Below, piece by piece: positions 31,600 to 41,549 of a stretch of DNA of 64,000 bases. This DNA is from an uncultured SAR86 cluster bacterium. GTDB lineage: Bacteria > Pseudomonadota > Gammaproteobacteria > Magnimaribacterales > Magnimaribacteraceae. Every line of letters starts with the position of its first letter. The first letter of the stretch is position 1. The stretch is taken from the NCBI GenBank assembly GCA_902605935.1, contig CACLEI010000002.1, positions 2,302 through 66,301 of the forward strand, in the 5' to 3' direction. The notes under the pieces are model-generated. The model was not told the DNA's origin, ran no database searches, and saw nothing but the letters and a program-made list of their open reading frames with translations. Made by a program: the position numbers and the translations under genes.

Positions 31600-32898
31600 C
31601 TAACTTGCCTTTTTAATGGCTTGATCAATATCATCAATGATATCTTCTACGTTTTCAATACCAACCGATAGTCTTACATATCCAGGTGTTACACCAGCAG
31701 ATAATTGTTCTTTTGCGGTTAATTGACTATGCGTTGTAGAGGCTGGATGAATTGCCAGTGATCTGGAATCTCCAATATTTGCAACATGGTAAAGAAGCTC
31801 AAGGGAATCAATAAATTTCCTTCCAGCTTCGACTCCTCCAGGTAACTCAAAACCAATTAGAGCGCCATAACCGCCTGATAAATATGTATCTGCTCTCTCT
31901 TTACTAATGCCTTCCGAAATTCCAGGATAAGTAACAGAAGAAACAAGACTATTATCCACAAGATATTGAGCAACCTGAAGGGCATTCTTACCATGTTCTC
32001 TCATCCTAAGAGGTAAAGTTTCAAGACCTTGAATGAATGACCAAGCATTAAATGGACTCATTGCTCCGCCTAAATCTCTAAGTAAGGTAGTCCTAGCTTT
32101 CATAATATAGGCAATCGGTCCCATTTCTTTTGTAGCTTCAGTCCAAACTACTCCGTTATAGCAAGGATCTGGTGTATTAAGAGTTGGTTGTCGTTCCGAA
32201 CCAGCTTCGGTCCAATCAAAATTTCCACCATCTATTATTAAACCTCCTATTGAAGTTCCGTGACCTCCAATGTATTTTGTTGTCGAGTAGGTAGTTATTG
32301 CTGCACCATGATCAAAGGGCCTACAAAATATTGGAGCGGCTGTATTATCAACTATTAAGGGAATTCCATTTTTTCTTCCAAGATCTGCAACTTCTCTTAT
32401 AGGGAAAACTTGTAGCTTTGGATTAGGTAATGTCTCTCCAAAAAAAGCTCGTGTTTTGGTGTCTGAAGCTTTAATAAACATCAAAGGATCTGTCGGATCA
32501 ACAAATCTTACTTCGATGCCCATTTCGGATAGATTGTTTTTGAACTGGTTATAAGTACCTCCGTATAAATGAGAAGAAGCAACAATGTTATCTCCTGCTC
32601 TAGCTAGATTCTGAATAGAATAAGCCGAGGCGGTTTGTCCAGATGAAACAGCCAAGCCAGCTGCACCTCCATCAAGAGCTGCCATTCTTTCTTCGAGAAC
32701 AGCTGTAGTAGGATTCATTATTCTTGTATAAATATTACCCAATTCCGCTAAAGCGAATAGATCTGCAGCCTTTTCAGTGTTTTCAAACTGATAACTAGTT
32801 GTTTGATGTATAGGAACTGCTACTGATCCTGTAGTCTCATCTGCTCTCCAGCCCGCATGAAGTGCTATTGTTTCTAAATTTTTACCTTCGTAACTCAT
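31600..32898 (-). CDS. metY: O-acetylhomoserine aminocarboxypropyltransferase (sulfhydrylase)
   Basis: GNIYTRIMNPT, STTKYIGGHG, ANIGDSRSLAIHPASTTHSQL; SAM riboswitch upstream. Confidence 0.93.
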   Translation of the reverse strand: MSYEGKNLETIALHAGWRADETTGSVAVPIHQTTSYQFENTEKAADLFALAELGNIYTRIMNPTTAVLEERMAALDGGAAGLAVSSGQTASAYSIQNLARAGDNIVASSHLYGGTYNQFKNNLSEMGIEVRFVDPTDPLMFIKASDTKTRAFFGETLPNPKLQVFPIREVADLGRKNGIPLIVDNTAAPIFCRPFDHGAAITTYSTTKYIGGHGTSIGGLIIDGGNFDWTEAGSERQPTLNTPDPCYNGVVWTEATKEMGPIAYIMKARTTLLRDLGGAMSPFNAWSFIQGLETLPLRMREHGKNALQVAQYLVDNSLVSSVTYPGISEGISKERADTYLSGGYGALIGFELPGGVEAGRKFIDSLELLYHVANIGDSRSLAIHPASTTHSQLTAKEQLSAGVTPGYVRLSVGIENVEDIIDDIDQAIKKAS

Positions 32899-32909
32899 CT
32901 TATTTCTCC

Positions 32910-32943
32910 AAAAAAAAACCTGCCAGCTTTCGCTAAACAGGTT
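32910..32943 (-). terminator. Riboswitch-controlled intrinsic terminator
   Basis: Minus strand AACCTGTTTAGC-GAAA-GCTGGCAGG followed by T9, just before the GGAG RBS of metY. Confidence 0.8.
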
Positions 32944-32956
32944 GGTCTTCGAGAAT

Positions 32957-33009
32957 CCTATTTAGCAGTATTTATAAAGCACCCGCAATCTGGTTCAAAT
33001 CGGTGCTAC
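32957..33009 (-). ncRNA. SAM-II riboswitch aptamer
   Basis: Minus strand AGCACC-GATTTGAACCAGATTGCG-GGTGCT-TTATAAATACT-GCTAAATAGG matches the SAM-II consensus (P1, GAUUU, UUGC, UAAAU, GCUAAA); upstream of metY. Confidence 0.9.
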
Positions 33010-33069
33010 AAGAATAATAATCAAAGAAAATTTAAAATCAAGACTAAATTGTTAAAATGCCTTTAAAAT

Positions 33070-33143
33070 GCCCCGTTAGCTCAGTCGGATAGAGCGCTGG
33101 ATTCCTAATCCAGAGGCCATAGGTTCAAATCCTGTACGGGGCA
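33070..33143 (+). tRNA. tRNA-Arg(CCT), CCA not encoded
   Basis: GCCCCGT...CTGGA-TT-CCT-AA-TCCAG...TTCAAAT...ACGGGGC-A, followed by CTA. Confidence 0.93.
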
Positions 33144-33151
33144 CTAGAATT

Positions 33152-34690
33152 ATGAGTTGGAAAAAAGAAACAACAGAAATTAAAAAAAGAAGAAAGCTTG
33201 CTAAAGCACAAGGTGGAAAGGAAGCTATTGAGCTTCAACATGCAAAAGGAAGGCTAACTTTAAGAGAAAGAATAGAGCTTTTATTAGATCCAAACTCTTT
33301 TCAAGAACAAGGTGAAATCGCAGGTGGGTCAGAACTTAATGATGAAGGCAAGTTAGAGTCTTTAACACCAGCAAATTTTATCCTTGGTTTTGGGAAAATT
33401 AATAATAAACAAGTTGTAGTTGGCGGAGAAGACTTTACGGTTAAAGGAGGATCACCTAATTCGGCTGGCCTAAGAAAAAGTGTTTATACAGAGGAGCTTG
33501 CCCTCAAGTACAAAATCCCACTTATCAGGCTACATGAAGGTGGTGGCGGATCTGTTGCTGGTCCTGGAAAAAAATCTGGAGGCTATGGAGGTGATCCCGT
33601 CTTTTCAAAGTCTAGGTTCAAGTCTATTGCAGATACATTGAGAGAAATTCCAGTAGCATCAGCAGCGTTAGGTCCTGTTGCAGGTATGCCTGCTGCAAGA
33701 TTTGTTGGTTCACATTTTAGAGTAATGACAAAAGAAACAGCTCAAATACTTGTTGCAGGTCCTGCAGTTGTAGAAAGAGCTTTTGGGAAAAAGATGTCTA
33801 AAGAAGAATTAGGTGGTTCTGAAATTCATAAGGTTAATGGCGTGACAGATAATGTTGCCTCTACAGAACAAGATGCATTCCTTCAAATCAAGAAATTCCT
33901 TTCTTATTTTCCTCAAAATAAATATGAAATTACTGAAAAACTAGATTGTGATGATCCGATAGAAAGAATGGAAGAAGATTTACTATCAATTATTCCAAAA
34001 GATAGAAAAAGATCCTATGAAATGAGAGACATAGTCAATTTGATATTTGATAAAGGATCTTTCTTTGAAATGACTAGATATTATGGACGAGGCATAATTA
34101 CAGGCTTTGCAAGGATTAATGGGTATGCAGTTGCAATTTTTGCTAATGATTCAAATTTTTATGCTGGGTCCATGTCTGCAGAAGGTGCCCAAAAAACCAC
34201 TAGATTCATTCGATTATGTGACACTTTTAATATTCCAATTGTTAGCTTAGTAGACGAACCCGGATTCCTAATAGGACCAGATGCAGAAAAGGCTGGAACA
34301 ATTTTACACGGTACTGAAGCAGTATTAGCCACTACAGAATCTACTGTCCCTTGGACTACTGTAATGATTAGAAAATCATTCGGGGTAGCTGCGGCGGCTC
34401 ATTATGGTCCAGATGGTTATGTTCTCGCATGGCCCTCTGCAGAGTCTGGACCGCTTCCACTTGAAGGTGGAGTCGCTGTAGCTTTTAAAAAGGAAATTTC
34501 TGAGGCGGAAGATTCTGAAGCAAAAAGAAAAGAACTAGAAGAAAAAATGGCAAAAAATCAAAATCCGTTTCCTAGGGCGGAAGCTTTTTCAGTTCATGAA
34601 ATAATAGATCCTAGGGAAACAAGAAAATATATTTCTTTATGGGCTGAAAGAATTCAAAGCCAACTGAAAGCCAGTCTAATGAGCAGGTAA
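33152..34690 (+). CDS. Acyl-CoA carboxylase carboxyltransferase (beta) subunit
   Basis: QHAKGRLTLRERI, EDFTVKGGS, EELGG, VDEPGFLIG, IIDPRETR. Confidence 0.9.
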   Translation: MSWKKETTEIKKRRKLAKAQGGKEAIELQHAKGRLTLRERIELLLDPNSFQEQGEIAGGSELNDEGKLESLTPANFILGFGKINNKQVVVGGEDFTVKGGSPNSAGLRKSVYTEELALKYKIPLIRLHEGGGGSVAGPGKKSGGYGGDPVFSKSRFKSIADTLREIPVASAALGPVAGMPAARFVGSHFRVMTKETAQILVAGPAVVERAFGKKMSKEELGGSEIHKVNGVTDNVASTEQDAFLQIKKFLSYFPQNKYEITEKLDCDDPIERMEEDLLSIIPKDRKRSYEMRDIVNLIFDKGSFFEMTRYYGRGIITGFARINGYAVAIFANDSNFYAGSMSAEGAQKTTRFIRLCDTFNIPIVSLVDEPGFLIGPDAEKAGTILHGTEAVLATTESTVPWTTVMIRKSFGVAAAAHYGPDGYVLAWPSAESGPLPLEGGVAVAFKKEISEAEDSEAKRKELEEKMAKNQNPFPRAEAFSVHEIIDPRETRKYISLWAERIQSQLKASLMSR

Positions 34691-34761
34691 ACAAAGTAAA
34701 TTTAACTTAACTTTGTCTAATCCTAATATATACTTATAGGTCAAATATACGGAGAGTAATA

Positions 34762-36192
34762 ATGAAAACTTATGAACAATTTTATATAAACGGAGAATGG
34801 GTTGATCCTGTGGAAGGAAAAAACATGTTTGATGTTTTAAATCCTTCTAATGAAGAAGTAATAGGACAAATTGCTATGGGGAGTTCGGCTGACGTGGATA
34901 ATGCTGTCAAAGCAGCCTCCAAAGCTTTTGATAGCTTTAGCCAAACCACGGTCGAAGAAAGATTAGCCATACTTGGCAAGATTGTTGAGGTCTATCAATC
35001 TAGATATGACGAAATAGCTGAAACTATTTCTTCAGAAATGGGAGCTCCATTATCTTTATCGAAAGCAGCTCAAGCCGCAACTGGCCTTGGTCATTTTGCA
35101 CAGGCAATAGAAGTCTTGCAAAACTTTGAATGGGAAGAAACGAGAGGAAAAACAGTCCTCAGACGCGAACCTATAGGTGTTGTTGGTATGATTACTCCAT
35201 GGAACTGGCCCATTAATCAGATCTCCTGCAAAGTAGCCCCTGCACTAGCTGCAGGATGTACGATGGTTCTAAAACCAACAGAAATGGCTCCTTTAAATGC
35301 AATGATCTTTGCTGAGATACTTCATGAAGCTGGTGTACCAGCAGGAGTTTTCAATCTTGTCAATGGAGATGGTCCTACAGTAGGCGAAGCAATGTCTTCT
35401 CATCCCAGCATTGATATGATGTCTTTCACTGGTTCAACAAGAGCTGGAATAGCGGTTGCCAAAGGTGCAGCAGACACCGTTAAGAGAGTAGCACAAGAAT
35501 TAGGAGGCAAATCTGCAAACATAATATTAGATGATGCAGACTTTGAATCAGCTATATCAGGAGGCGCAAAACACTGTTTCAATAATAGCGGTCAGTCTTG
35601 TAATGCTCCTACCAGAATGTTGGTTCCAGAATCTAGACATGAAGAGGCTAAAGAAATCGCAAAGAAAACGGCTGAGGCTACAAAAGTCGGTGACCCTTTT
35701 GCAGAAGATACTGGTATTGGACCAGTAGTAAGTGATGTTCAATTCAATAAAATTCAAGGTCTTATTGAGAAAGGTATTGAAGAAGGAGCCGAACTTATAG
35801 CAGGCGGACCAGGAAAACCTGAAGGGCTAAACGCAGGATACTTTGTTAGACCAACAGTTTTTGCAAATGTTAACAACGATATGACAATTGCAAGAGAGGA
35901 GATATTTGGTCCTGTTCTTTCAATCCTTCCTTATAAAGATGAAGAAGAAGCTATTGAAATCGCTAATGATACTGAATATGGCCTTTATGGTTATGTGTCA
36001 TCTGGGGATGTAGAGCATGCTAAAAAAGTTGCAAACAGGATTAGAGCTGGAAGTATTGCTATTAATGGAGCCGGTGCAGATTTCACAACTCCATTTGGTG
36101 GTTATAAACAGTCTGGAAATGGAAGAGAATGGGGTCTATTTGGATTCGAAGAATTCTTAGAAGTTAAGGCTGTTGTAGGCTTTACTGGCTAA
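34762..36192 (+). CDS. Aldehyde dehydrogenase
   Basis: ITPWNWP, SFTGST, QELGGKS, GQSCNA, EEIFGPV. Confidence 0.95.
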   Translation: MKTYEQFYINGEWVDPVEGKNMFDVLNPSNEEVIGQIAMGSSADVDNAVKAASKAFDSFSQTTVEERLAILGKIVEVYQSRYDEIAETISSEMGAPLSLSKAAQAATGLGHFAQAIEVLQNFEWEETRGKTVLRREPIGVVGMITPWNWPINQISCKVAPALAAGCTMVLKPTEMAPLNAMIFAEILHEAGVPAGVFNLVNGDGPTVGEAMSSHPSIDMMSFTGSTRAGIAVAKGAADTVKRVAQELGGKSANIILDDADFESAISGGAKHCFNNSGQSCNAPTRMLVPESRHEEAKEIAKKTAEATKVGDPFAEDTGIGPVVSDVQFNKIQGLIEKGIEEGAELIAGGPGKPEGLNAGYFVRPTVFANVNNDMTIAREEIFGPVLSILPYKDEEEAIEIANDTEYGLYGYVSSGDVEHAKKVANRIRAGSIAINGAGADFTTPFGGYKQSGNGREWGLFGFEEFLEVKAVVGFTG

Positions 36193-36205
36193 ATCTTGTC
36201 AAACT

Positions 36206-36233
36206 AAAAAGGCCGCACAAGCGGCCTTTTTTT
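36206..36233. terminator. Bidirectional intrinsic terminator
   Basis: AAAAA-GGCCGC-ACAA-GCGGCC-TTTTTTT between convergent genes. Confidence 0.9.
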
Positions 36234-37188
36234 ATACTTGATTGAGTAATTTTTTACCCTCTTTCAAACGCCTGTAATTATCAATAAACAGTTCAACTGC
36301 CCTCAAAGGTGCCCTTGGACCCCAAGCTGAATCATGTGGGGTAATAAAACAATTTTCTAGAGTCCATAAAGGTGAACTCGAATCAAGAGGTTCTGGGTCG
36401 GTTGTATCAATAGCAGCGCATAATATTTTCTTCTCTTGAAGAGCTTCTGCAAGGCTAACCTCATGAACTGATTCTCCTCTGCCTACATTTATAAACATCG
36501 AGGATGTCTTCATTAACTCAAATCGAGACTTTGAAAAAATTCTATAAGTTTCTTCACTAGATGGAAGACAATTTATTACAAAGTCACAAAGAGGGAGCAT
36601 CTCATCTAGTTCACTTGGTTTGAATAACTGATCAAGATTATCTGATATTACAGGTGTTCTCTTTGTGGCGTATACTTTCATGCGAAAAGCCTTAGCTATT
36701 CTTGCTACTTCTTGTCCTATGCCACCAAATCCAGTGATTCCTATTGTCATATCCGTAAGCTCTCCAACAGACATCATTTGTTTCCAGCTCTTTTCTCTTT
36801 GAAGTTCGATGTGAGCATCTATAGACTTTATAGATCTTAATATCTGTGCAAAAACATAAGTGGCTATTGGAATGGCATGAAGACCACCTCCATGAGAGAA
36901 AATTTTTGCATGAGAAATTAAGGCTTGCGCTTGAGGAGATTCGGTACCGGCCCATGATCCTTGAACAAAAGAAGAGTTATCAATTAAGGCGAGATATCTT
37001 TCGAAAAAACTTTCTGACTTCAAAGCCTTGAACATAAGTTCGTAAGAAACCAAAGCAATATCCGGCTTACCCTCTCCTGAGGTTATATTTGCCTCTGAAT
37101 CTATAAGAATGAACTCATCATTTTTGAAGTTTTTTTCTAGCAGTTCCTCAAAAGATTTATAGGTAAACTCACTTAAGCAAATTTTCAT
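36232..37188 (-). CDS. D-2-hydroxyacid dehydrogenase family
   Basis: GFGGIG, FINVGRG, DPEPL, ITPH. Confidence 0.9.
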   Translation of the reverse strand: MKICLSEFTYKSFEELLEKNFKNDEFILIDSEANITSGEGKPDIALVSYELMFKALKSESFFERYLALIDNSSFVQGSWAGTESPQAQALISHAKIFSHGGGLHAIPIATYVFAQILRSIKSIDAHIELQREKSWKQMMSVGELTDMTIGITGFGGIGQEVARIAKAFRMKVYATKRTPVISDNLDQLFKPSELDEMLPLCDFVINCLPSSEETYRIFSKSRFELMKTSSMFINVGRGESVHEVSLAEALQEKKILCAAIDTTDPEPLDSSSPLWTLENCFITPHDSAWGPRAPLRAVELFIDNYRRLKEGKKLLNQV

Positions 37189-37202
37189 ATTTAAGTAATA
37201 AA

Positions 37203-38294
37203 TTAAGAATAATTCAGCTTATTATGTACTTCTCCCCTTTCAAGTCCATAATCTTCTAAAGAATATTTATGTTCAGCTTTCTCATCATTAGAACCTTCCT
37301 CGATGTAAGCATTCATAAGAGATAGAGTTTGATCGTCCAAAGAAATAGAAAAATTCTTGTATATGTCTTTCATTAAATTAATTGGGTCATCTAATAAATC
37401 ATCATATTGAACTTGCATATATTGATTTGAGGATAAGTCGGATCTTTGGGCTTCATTCTTGTCATTCGATTTTGCCCAAAAATTAAGTATCTCTTGACCT
37501 AGGCGCTTTGTATCCAAATCTTTCGAAAACCCTTTTCTTACTTGCGCGGTTAAGCTGCAAATCGAAGGAATAGTTTCGGCAGGATCTCGAGTAATATGAA
37601 TAAAGCTTGCATCAGGATAAAGGCTTAATATTTCTTTAAGATTACCCAAGTGGCTGGGGTCTTTAAGCAACCATCTCGTGGGCTTTAGTTGTTTCTCAAG
37701 AATACTTAAAAATTTATAGTGCCATGAATAACTAATCCGAGTATCACAATTTGATAAATAATTTAAGTAAGTAGGAACATTTGCCATATAGAAATATAAA
37801 ATACTTTGCAGACCAAATACCTTAATTAGTAGACATTCTTCAGGACTAGTAGATTTTATTTTGTGAAGATCATCTAGATTTGGTATAAATCTTTGTTTAA
37901 AGAATAAAATTAAGTCAGATTGCAATATTCTTACTTTCTTTCTAATGCCGTCTTTATTTAGCAAAGGAAAAGGCTTCATCATCTCCCAAAACAAGGGGCT
38001 TCTGTTATCTTGATCTTTGCTTAAAAGATTAAATAAAAATGTTGTTCCTGATCTAGGCAAACCAATGACAATGAGAGGTTTTGATACTGAATGATTTTTT
38101 AAACTATAAGCCTTATCGATGAATACTCTGTTATTTATGTGTTGTTTTAATTGATATTCAATAGCTATTTGCCCGATAGAACCTAAATTAGCCTCATCAT
38201 TAAGGGAATCTATCAATACATGAAATGGCTCCATAGATTCCTTGTCCGTGGAAACTAATTCTAACTCACGAATAAACTTAGATTTTTCGATCAT
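37203..38294 (-). CDS. Sulfotransferase family protein
   Basis: IGLPRSGTTFL PAPS loop, WLLKDPSH, RDP...SICSL. Confidence 0.87.
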   Translation of the reverse strand: MIEKSKFIRELELVSTDKESMEPFHVLIDSLNDEANLGSIGQIAIEYQLKQHINNRVFIDKAYSLKNHSVSKPLIVIGLPRSGTTFLFNLLSKDQDNRSPLFWEMMKPFPLLNKDGIRKKVRILQSDLILFFKQRFIPNLDDLHKIKSTSPEECLLIKVFGLQSILYFYMANVPTYLNYLSNCDTRISYSWHYKFLSILEKQLKPTRWLLKDPSHLGNLKEILSLYPDASFIHITRDPAETIPSICSLTAQVRKGFSKDLDTKRLGQEILNFWAKSNDKNEAQRSDLSSNQYMQVQYDDLLDDPINLMKDIYKNFSISLDDQTLSLMNAYIEEGSNDEKAEHKYSLEDYGLERGEVHNKLNYS

Positions 38295-38309
38295 CTAATT
38301 TTAATCTGT

Positions 38310-38861
38310 CTAATTTCTCCAAATCCCTTGATTTACTGGCATATTTTTATCAATGTCTTCGTATTTTCCTGTGTAGGCAATATGCTCCCCTTCAAGATTA
38401 ATTAATGTAATTGCCTTATCATCGACTACTAAGGGCTCAAATTGAGTTTTAGAAGTAAAGCTTTGTAAGTATTTATATGATTCCCTAGCATTCATGGCAC
38501 CTTTGGCAGATTTTACTTCTACCTCTTTTATTTTCCCCTTGGAATTAATAATGTAGGAAAATTCAATTTTAGTTTTACCTGATTCAACGTTATCGGGCTT
38601 TTCAAAAAATTTGGAAACATAACTAGGTGTGCAAAAAAGAAGTTTACACACTGCTTCATCACCTTTTTTTTCTTCAGGCCAGGCTTTCAACTGACAAGAG
38701 CTATCAGCACATGTCAAACAAGTTGAATAGGTCTGACCTCTAAATTCACTTAATTTAGCTGCAGTATCTTTGTTAAGTTCTTGATTGATATTACAGATCG
38801 GTGAACTTGAAACTGATAAAGCGAAAATGCCTAAAAAAATTACTACAATATATTTTCTCAT
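38310..38861 (-). CDS. Hypothetical exported Cys-rich protein with a TonB-C-like segment
   Basis: Signal peptide, six Cys in the N-half, IEFSYIINSKGKIKEVEVKS...FEP. Confidence 0.55.
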   Translation of the reverse strand: MRKYIVVIFLGIFALSVSSSPICNINQELNKDTAAKLSEFRGQTYSTCLTCADSSCQLKAWPEEKKGDEAVCKLLFCTPSYVSKFFEKPDNVESGKTKIEFSYIINSKGKIKEVEVKSAKGAMNARESYKYLQSFTSKTQFEPLVVDDKAITLINLEGEHIAYTGKYEDIDKNMPVNQGIWRN

Positions 38862-38972
38862 AAGATGTCCCCAGAATTTAAATCAGAATAACATTTCATT
38901 CTTTATTGAGTCTATAGGTTTAATGAATATGCACCACTGATCAATGGAAAACTAGGTTCTTGCATGATTATC

Positions 38973-39866
38973 CTATGACTGATTCTTAATAATGTTAAAA
39001 GAACTCAATATCGTTAATTTTGACTCTCGTTTCATTATAGTTTTTGTTTGCTTATCCAGTTTCCAATTATTTATGTAATGCAGTGTAGATGCAGCAATAT
39101 AAATTAACCAAAGATTAAATCTATATTCATCAATCTTTTCGTTTCCAAGATACTTTTGCTTGAAAGAATTCATTCCTATTTCTCCACTAGAGTATCTTGC
39201 ATCCAAACAAGTCACAGCAAGGTCTGCTAGCGGATCTCCAATAGCGGCATATTCCCAATCAAGAATACCGCTTATATTTTCATTGTTCCAAAGTATGTTC
39301 CCTGGCCAATAGTCTCCATGTAAAAGGCATTTTTTTCCTTTATATTCATCTATAGAAAGATTTTTTATAAAGTTTCTAATTTCATTCCAATCTCTTCCTT
39401 TTGGAATATAAGAAAGTAATTGATCTAGAGGATCAACCCTAGAAGATAGCTCAGGTAATTTATCAATTTCTACCTGATGGATATTTCTTAGTTGAGTTGC
39501 CATTAATTGATGATCGCAAATTACTCTTTCATTAGAAGTTCCTAAAGATCCATCTAAGTAAGACATTATCATGAAAGGTCTATGTAAAATCTTGCAGCTT
39601 GTGTCTAAATAGATTGGTTCTGAAACCGGTACATTGGCTGTATTCAGTACTTTGAGTAAATTAAATTCAGTTTCAATTGAGTTATCAGCTGGATAAGAGC
39701 CCTCGGATCGGAGAACTAATTTGGATTCTTTATGAGCTGTTTGGATATCCAGAATAAAGACATCGCATGAAAACCCTCCCTCTAACCTTTTTGCATTAAT
39801 AAGCCTTCCATGAGGATAAAGAGTATCTGATACTTCAAATAAATCTTTTTCATGTATTCGTTTCAC
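38973..39866 (-). CDS. APH/choline-kinase-like phosphotransferase
   Basis: LEGGFS, LHGDYWPGN, ILDWEYAAIGDP. Confidence 0.88.
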   Translation of the reverse strand: MKRIHEKDLFEVSDTLYPHGRLINAKRLEGGFSCDVFILDIQTAHKESKLVLRSEGSYPADNSIETEFNLLKVLNTANVPVSEPIYLDTSCKILHRPFMIMSYLDGSLGTSNERVICDHQLMATQLRNIHQVEIDKLPELSSRVDPLDQLLSYIPKGRDWNEIRNFIKNLSIDEYKGKKCLLHGDYWPGNILWNNENISGILDWEYAAIGDPLADLAVTCLDARYSSGEIGMNSFKQKYLGNEKIDEYRFNLWLIYIAASTLHYINNWKLDKQTKTIMKRESKLTILSSFNIIKNQS

Positions 39867-39871
39867 ACCAA

Positions 39872-40699
39872 TTAAACCTTAAGGTTATCTATTAATCTCA
39901 CATTATTGATAGTAGCTGCGCAAAAAAGAATAATCTCTTCGAGATCATTAGATGACTTTAAACTTACTCTAGATCTTGCCTCGAAGTAGTCAACTTTAAA
40001 ACTATTTTCTTCCAACAATTCAATAGCTTCTTCTAGAGCTTGATCTAAAGACGATAAATCTAGAATAGAGTGTCTTGCTTTGCACAAGCTTTTATAGATT
40101 AAGGCTGCTTTCTCTTTTTCATCATTGCTCAAATACTTATTCCTACTACTTTTTGCTAAACCAGACTCCTCTCTTTCAGTTGATATTCCTTCAATCCTAA
40201 TATTTAAATCATTTCTGGTAATAAACTCTTTAATTATCATCAATTGTTGGTAATCTTTTTCACCAAAATAAGTTGATTTTGGTTTAAATAGTTCAAATAG
40301 TCTGTTTACTATCGTTACTACTCCATCAAAATGATTTGTTCTTGTTTTTCCGCATAAGATTGAGGATAAGTAAGGATCGGCTTTGCATTCTCGTATATTA
40401 AGAAGTAAATCCTTTGACTCTGGAAGGAATAGAAGAGAACAATTTGTGTTTTCTAGTTGACTAATATCTTCGTCTAAGGTTCTGGGATAGGCACTGTAAT
40501 CCTCTTTTGGCCCAAACTGAAGAGGATTAACAAAAATAGAAACACATACAAAATCTGAAATTTCACTTGCTTGGTTTATTAACTTTAAATGACCCTCATG
40601 AAGATTTCCCATCGTAGGAACTAAGGATATGTGCTTGAATTCTCTTCGGTGTATCCTTAATGCCTCTTCAAGCTCAGCAATATCGGAAATAATTAACAT
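39872..40699 (-). CDS. panC: Pantoate-beta-alanine ligase
   Basis: PTMGNLHEGH, FGEKDYQQL, SSRN, RLIDN. Confidence 0.96.
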   Translation of the reverse strand: MLIISDIAELEEALRIHRREFKHISLVPTMGNLHEGHLKLINQASEISDFVCVSIFVNPLQFGPKEDYSAYPRTLDEDISQLENTNCSLLFLPESKDLLLNIRECKADPYLSSILCGKTRTNHFDGVVTIVNRLFELFKPKSTYFGEKDYQQLMIIKEFITRNDLNIRIEGISTEREESGLAKSSRNKYLSNDEKEKAALIYKSLCKARHSILDLSSLDQALEEAIELLEENSFKVDYFEARSRVSLKSSNDLEEIILFCAATINNVRLIDNLKV

Positions 40700-41514
40700 T
40701 ACTTGAAACTATGTTCTGTACCAGGAAATTTTTTCTCTTTTACTTCTGAGACATAATTTTTTATGGCTTCCTCAATACTAGATGCTTCTAGCAGATAATT
40801 CTTCACAAATTTAGGTGGCTTTTCCATTTGAGTTATACCTAGAAGATCATAATTTACCATTATTTGGCCATCCACTTCGACACCGGCTCCTATACCTATG
40901 ACGGGTATCTCCACAGATTCAGTTATATTTTTTGCTAATTCCGAAGGAACACACTCCAACAAAAGCATACTTGCACCAGACTCTTCTAGTAATTTAGCCT
41001 CTTTTATTAACTCTTCTGCTTTTTCGGGATTTCTACCTTGCACAATGTAACCACCAATTCTATTTACAGATTGAGGAGTTAAACCCATATGGGCACAAAC
41101 TGGGATCCCTCTTTCCGCGAGAAGCTCCGTAGATTTGCTTATCCATGAAGTGCCTTCTAGTTTGACGCAATTTGCACCAGCTCTCATCAAGGCCGCTGCA
41201 TTCTCAAGTGTTTGTTCTTCTGATGCATAACTCATAAATGGCATATCAGCCATAATCAGAGAACCATAGTTTGCTCTTTTAACACTATCGAGATGATAAA
41301 GAATATCCTCCATTGTTACAGGCAAGGTACTGTCATGACCTTGTAAAATCATTCCTAAGGAATCACCAACTAGAATAACTTCTATACCGCAAGAGCTCTC
41401 TAATGCTGAAAATGTTGCATCATATGCAGTGAGACAAGCAATTTTCTCTCCTCTTACTTTCATTTCATTAAGAGTTGAAATAGTCACCGGATTTGACGAG
41501 GAATAAGTACTCAT
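40699..41514 (-). CDS. panB: 3-methyl-2-oxobutanoate hydroxymethyltransferase
   Basis: LTAYD, LVGDSLG, DMPF, HMGLTPQ, IGIGAG. Confidence 0.96.
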   Translation of the reverse strand: MSTYSSSNPVTISTLNEMKVRGEKIACLTAYDATFSALESSCGIEVILVGDSLGMILQGHDSTLPVTMEDILYHLDSVKRANYGSLIMADMPFMSYASEEQTLENAAALMRAGANCVKLEGTSWISKSTELLAERGIPVCAHMGLTPQSVNRIGGYIVQGRNPEKAEELIKEAKLLEESGASMLLLECVPSELAKNITESVEIPVIGIGAGVEVDGQIMVNYDLLGITQMEKPPKFVKNYLLEASSIEEAIKNYVSEVKEKKFPGTEHSFK

Positions 41515-41549
41515 AAAAAAACCTCCCTGTTAACTTGTTTAAAAGATTA

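Noticed and set aside
34691-34716. ACAAAGT...ACTTTGT inverted repeat before the aldehyde dehydrogenase
   Set aside because: AT-rich with no U-tail; I cannot tell an operator or terminator from chance.
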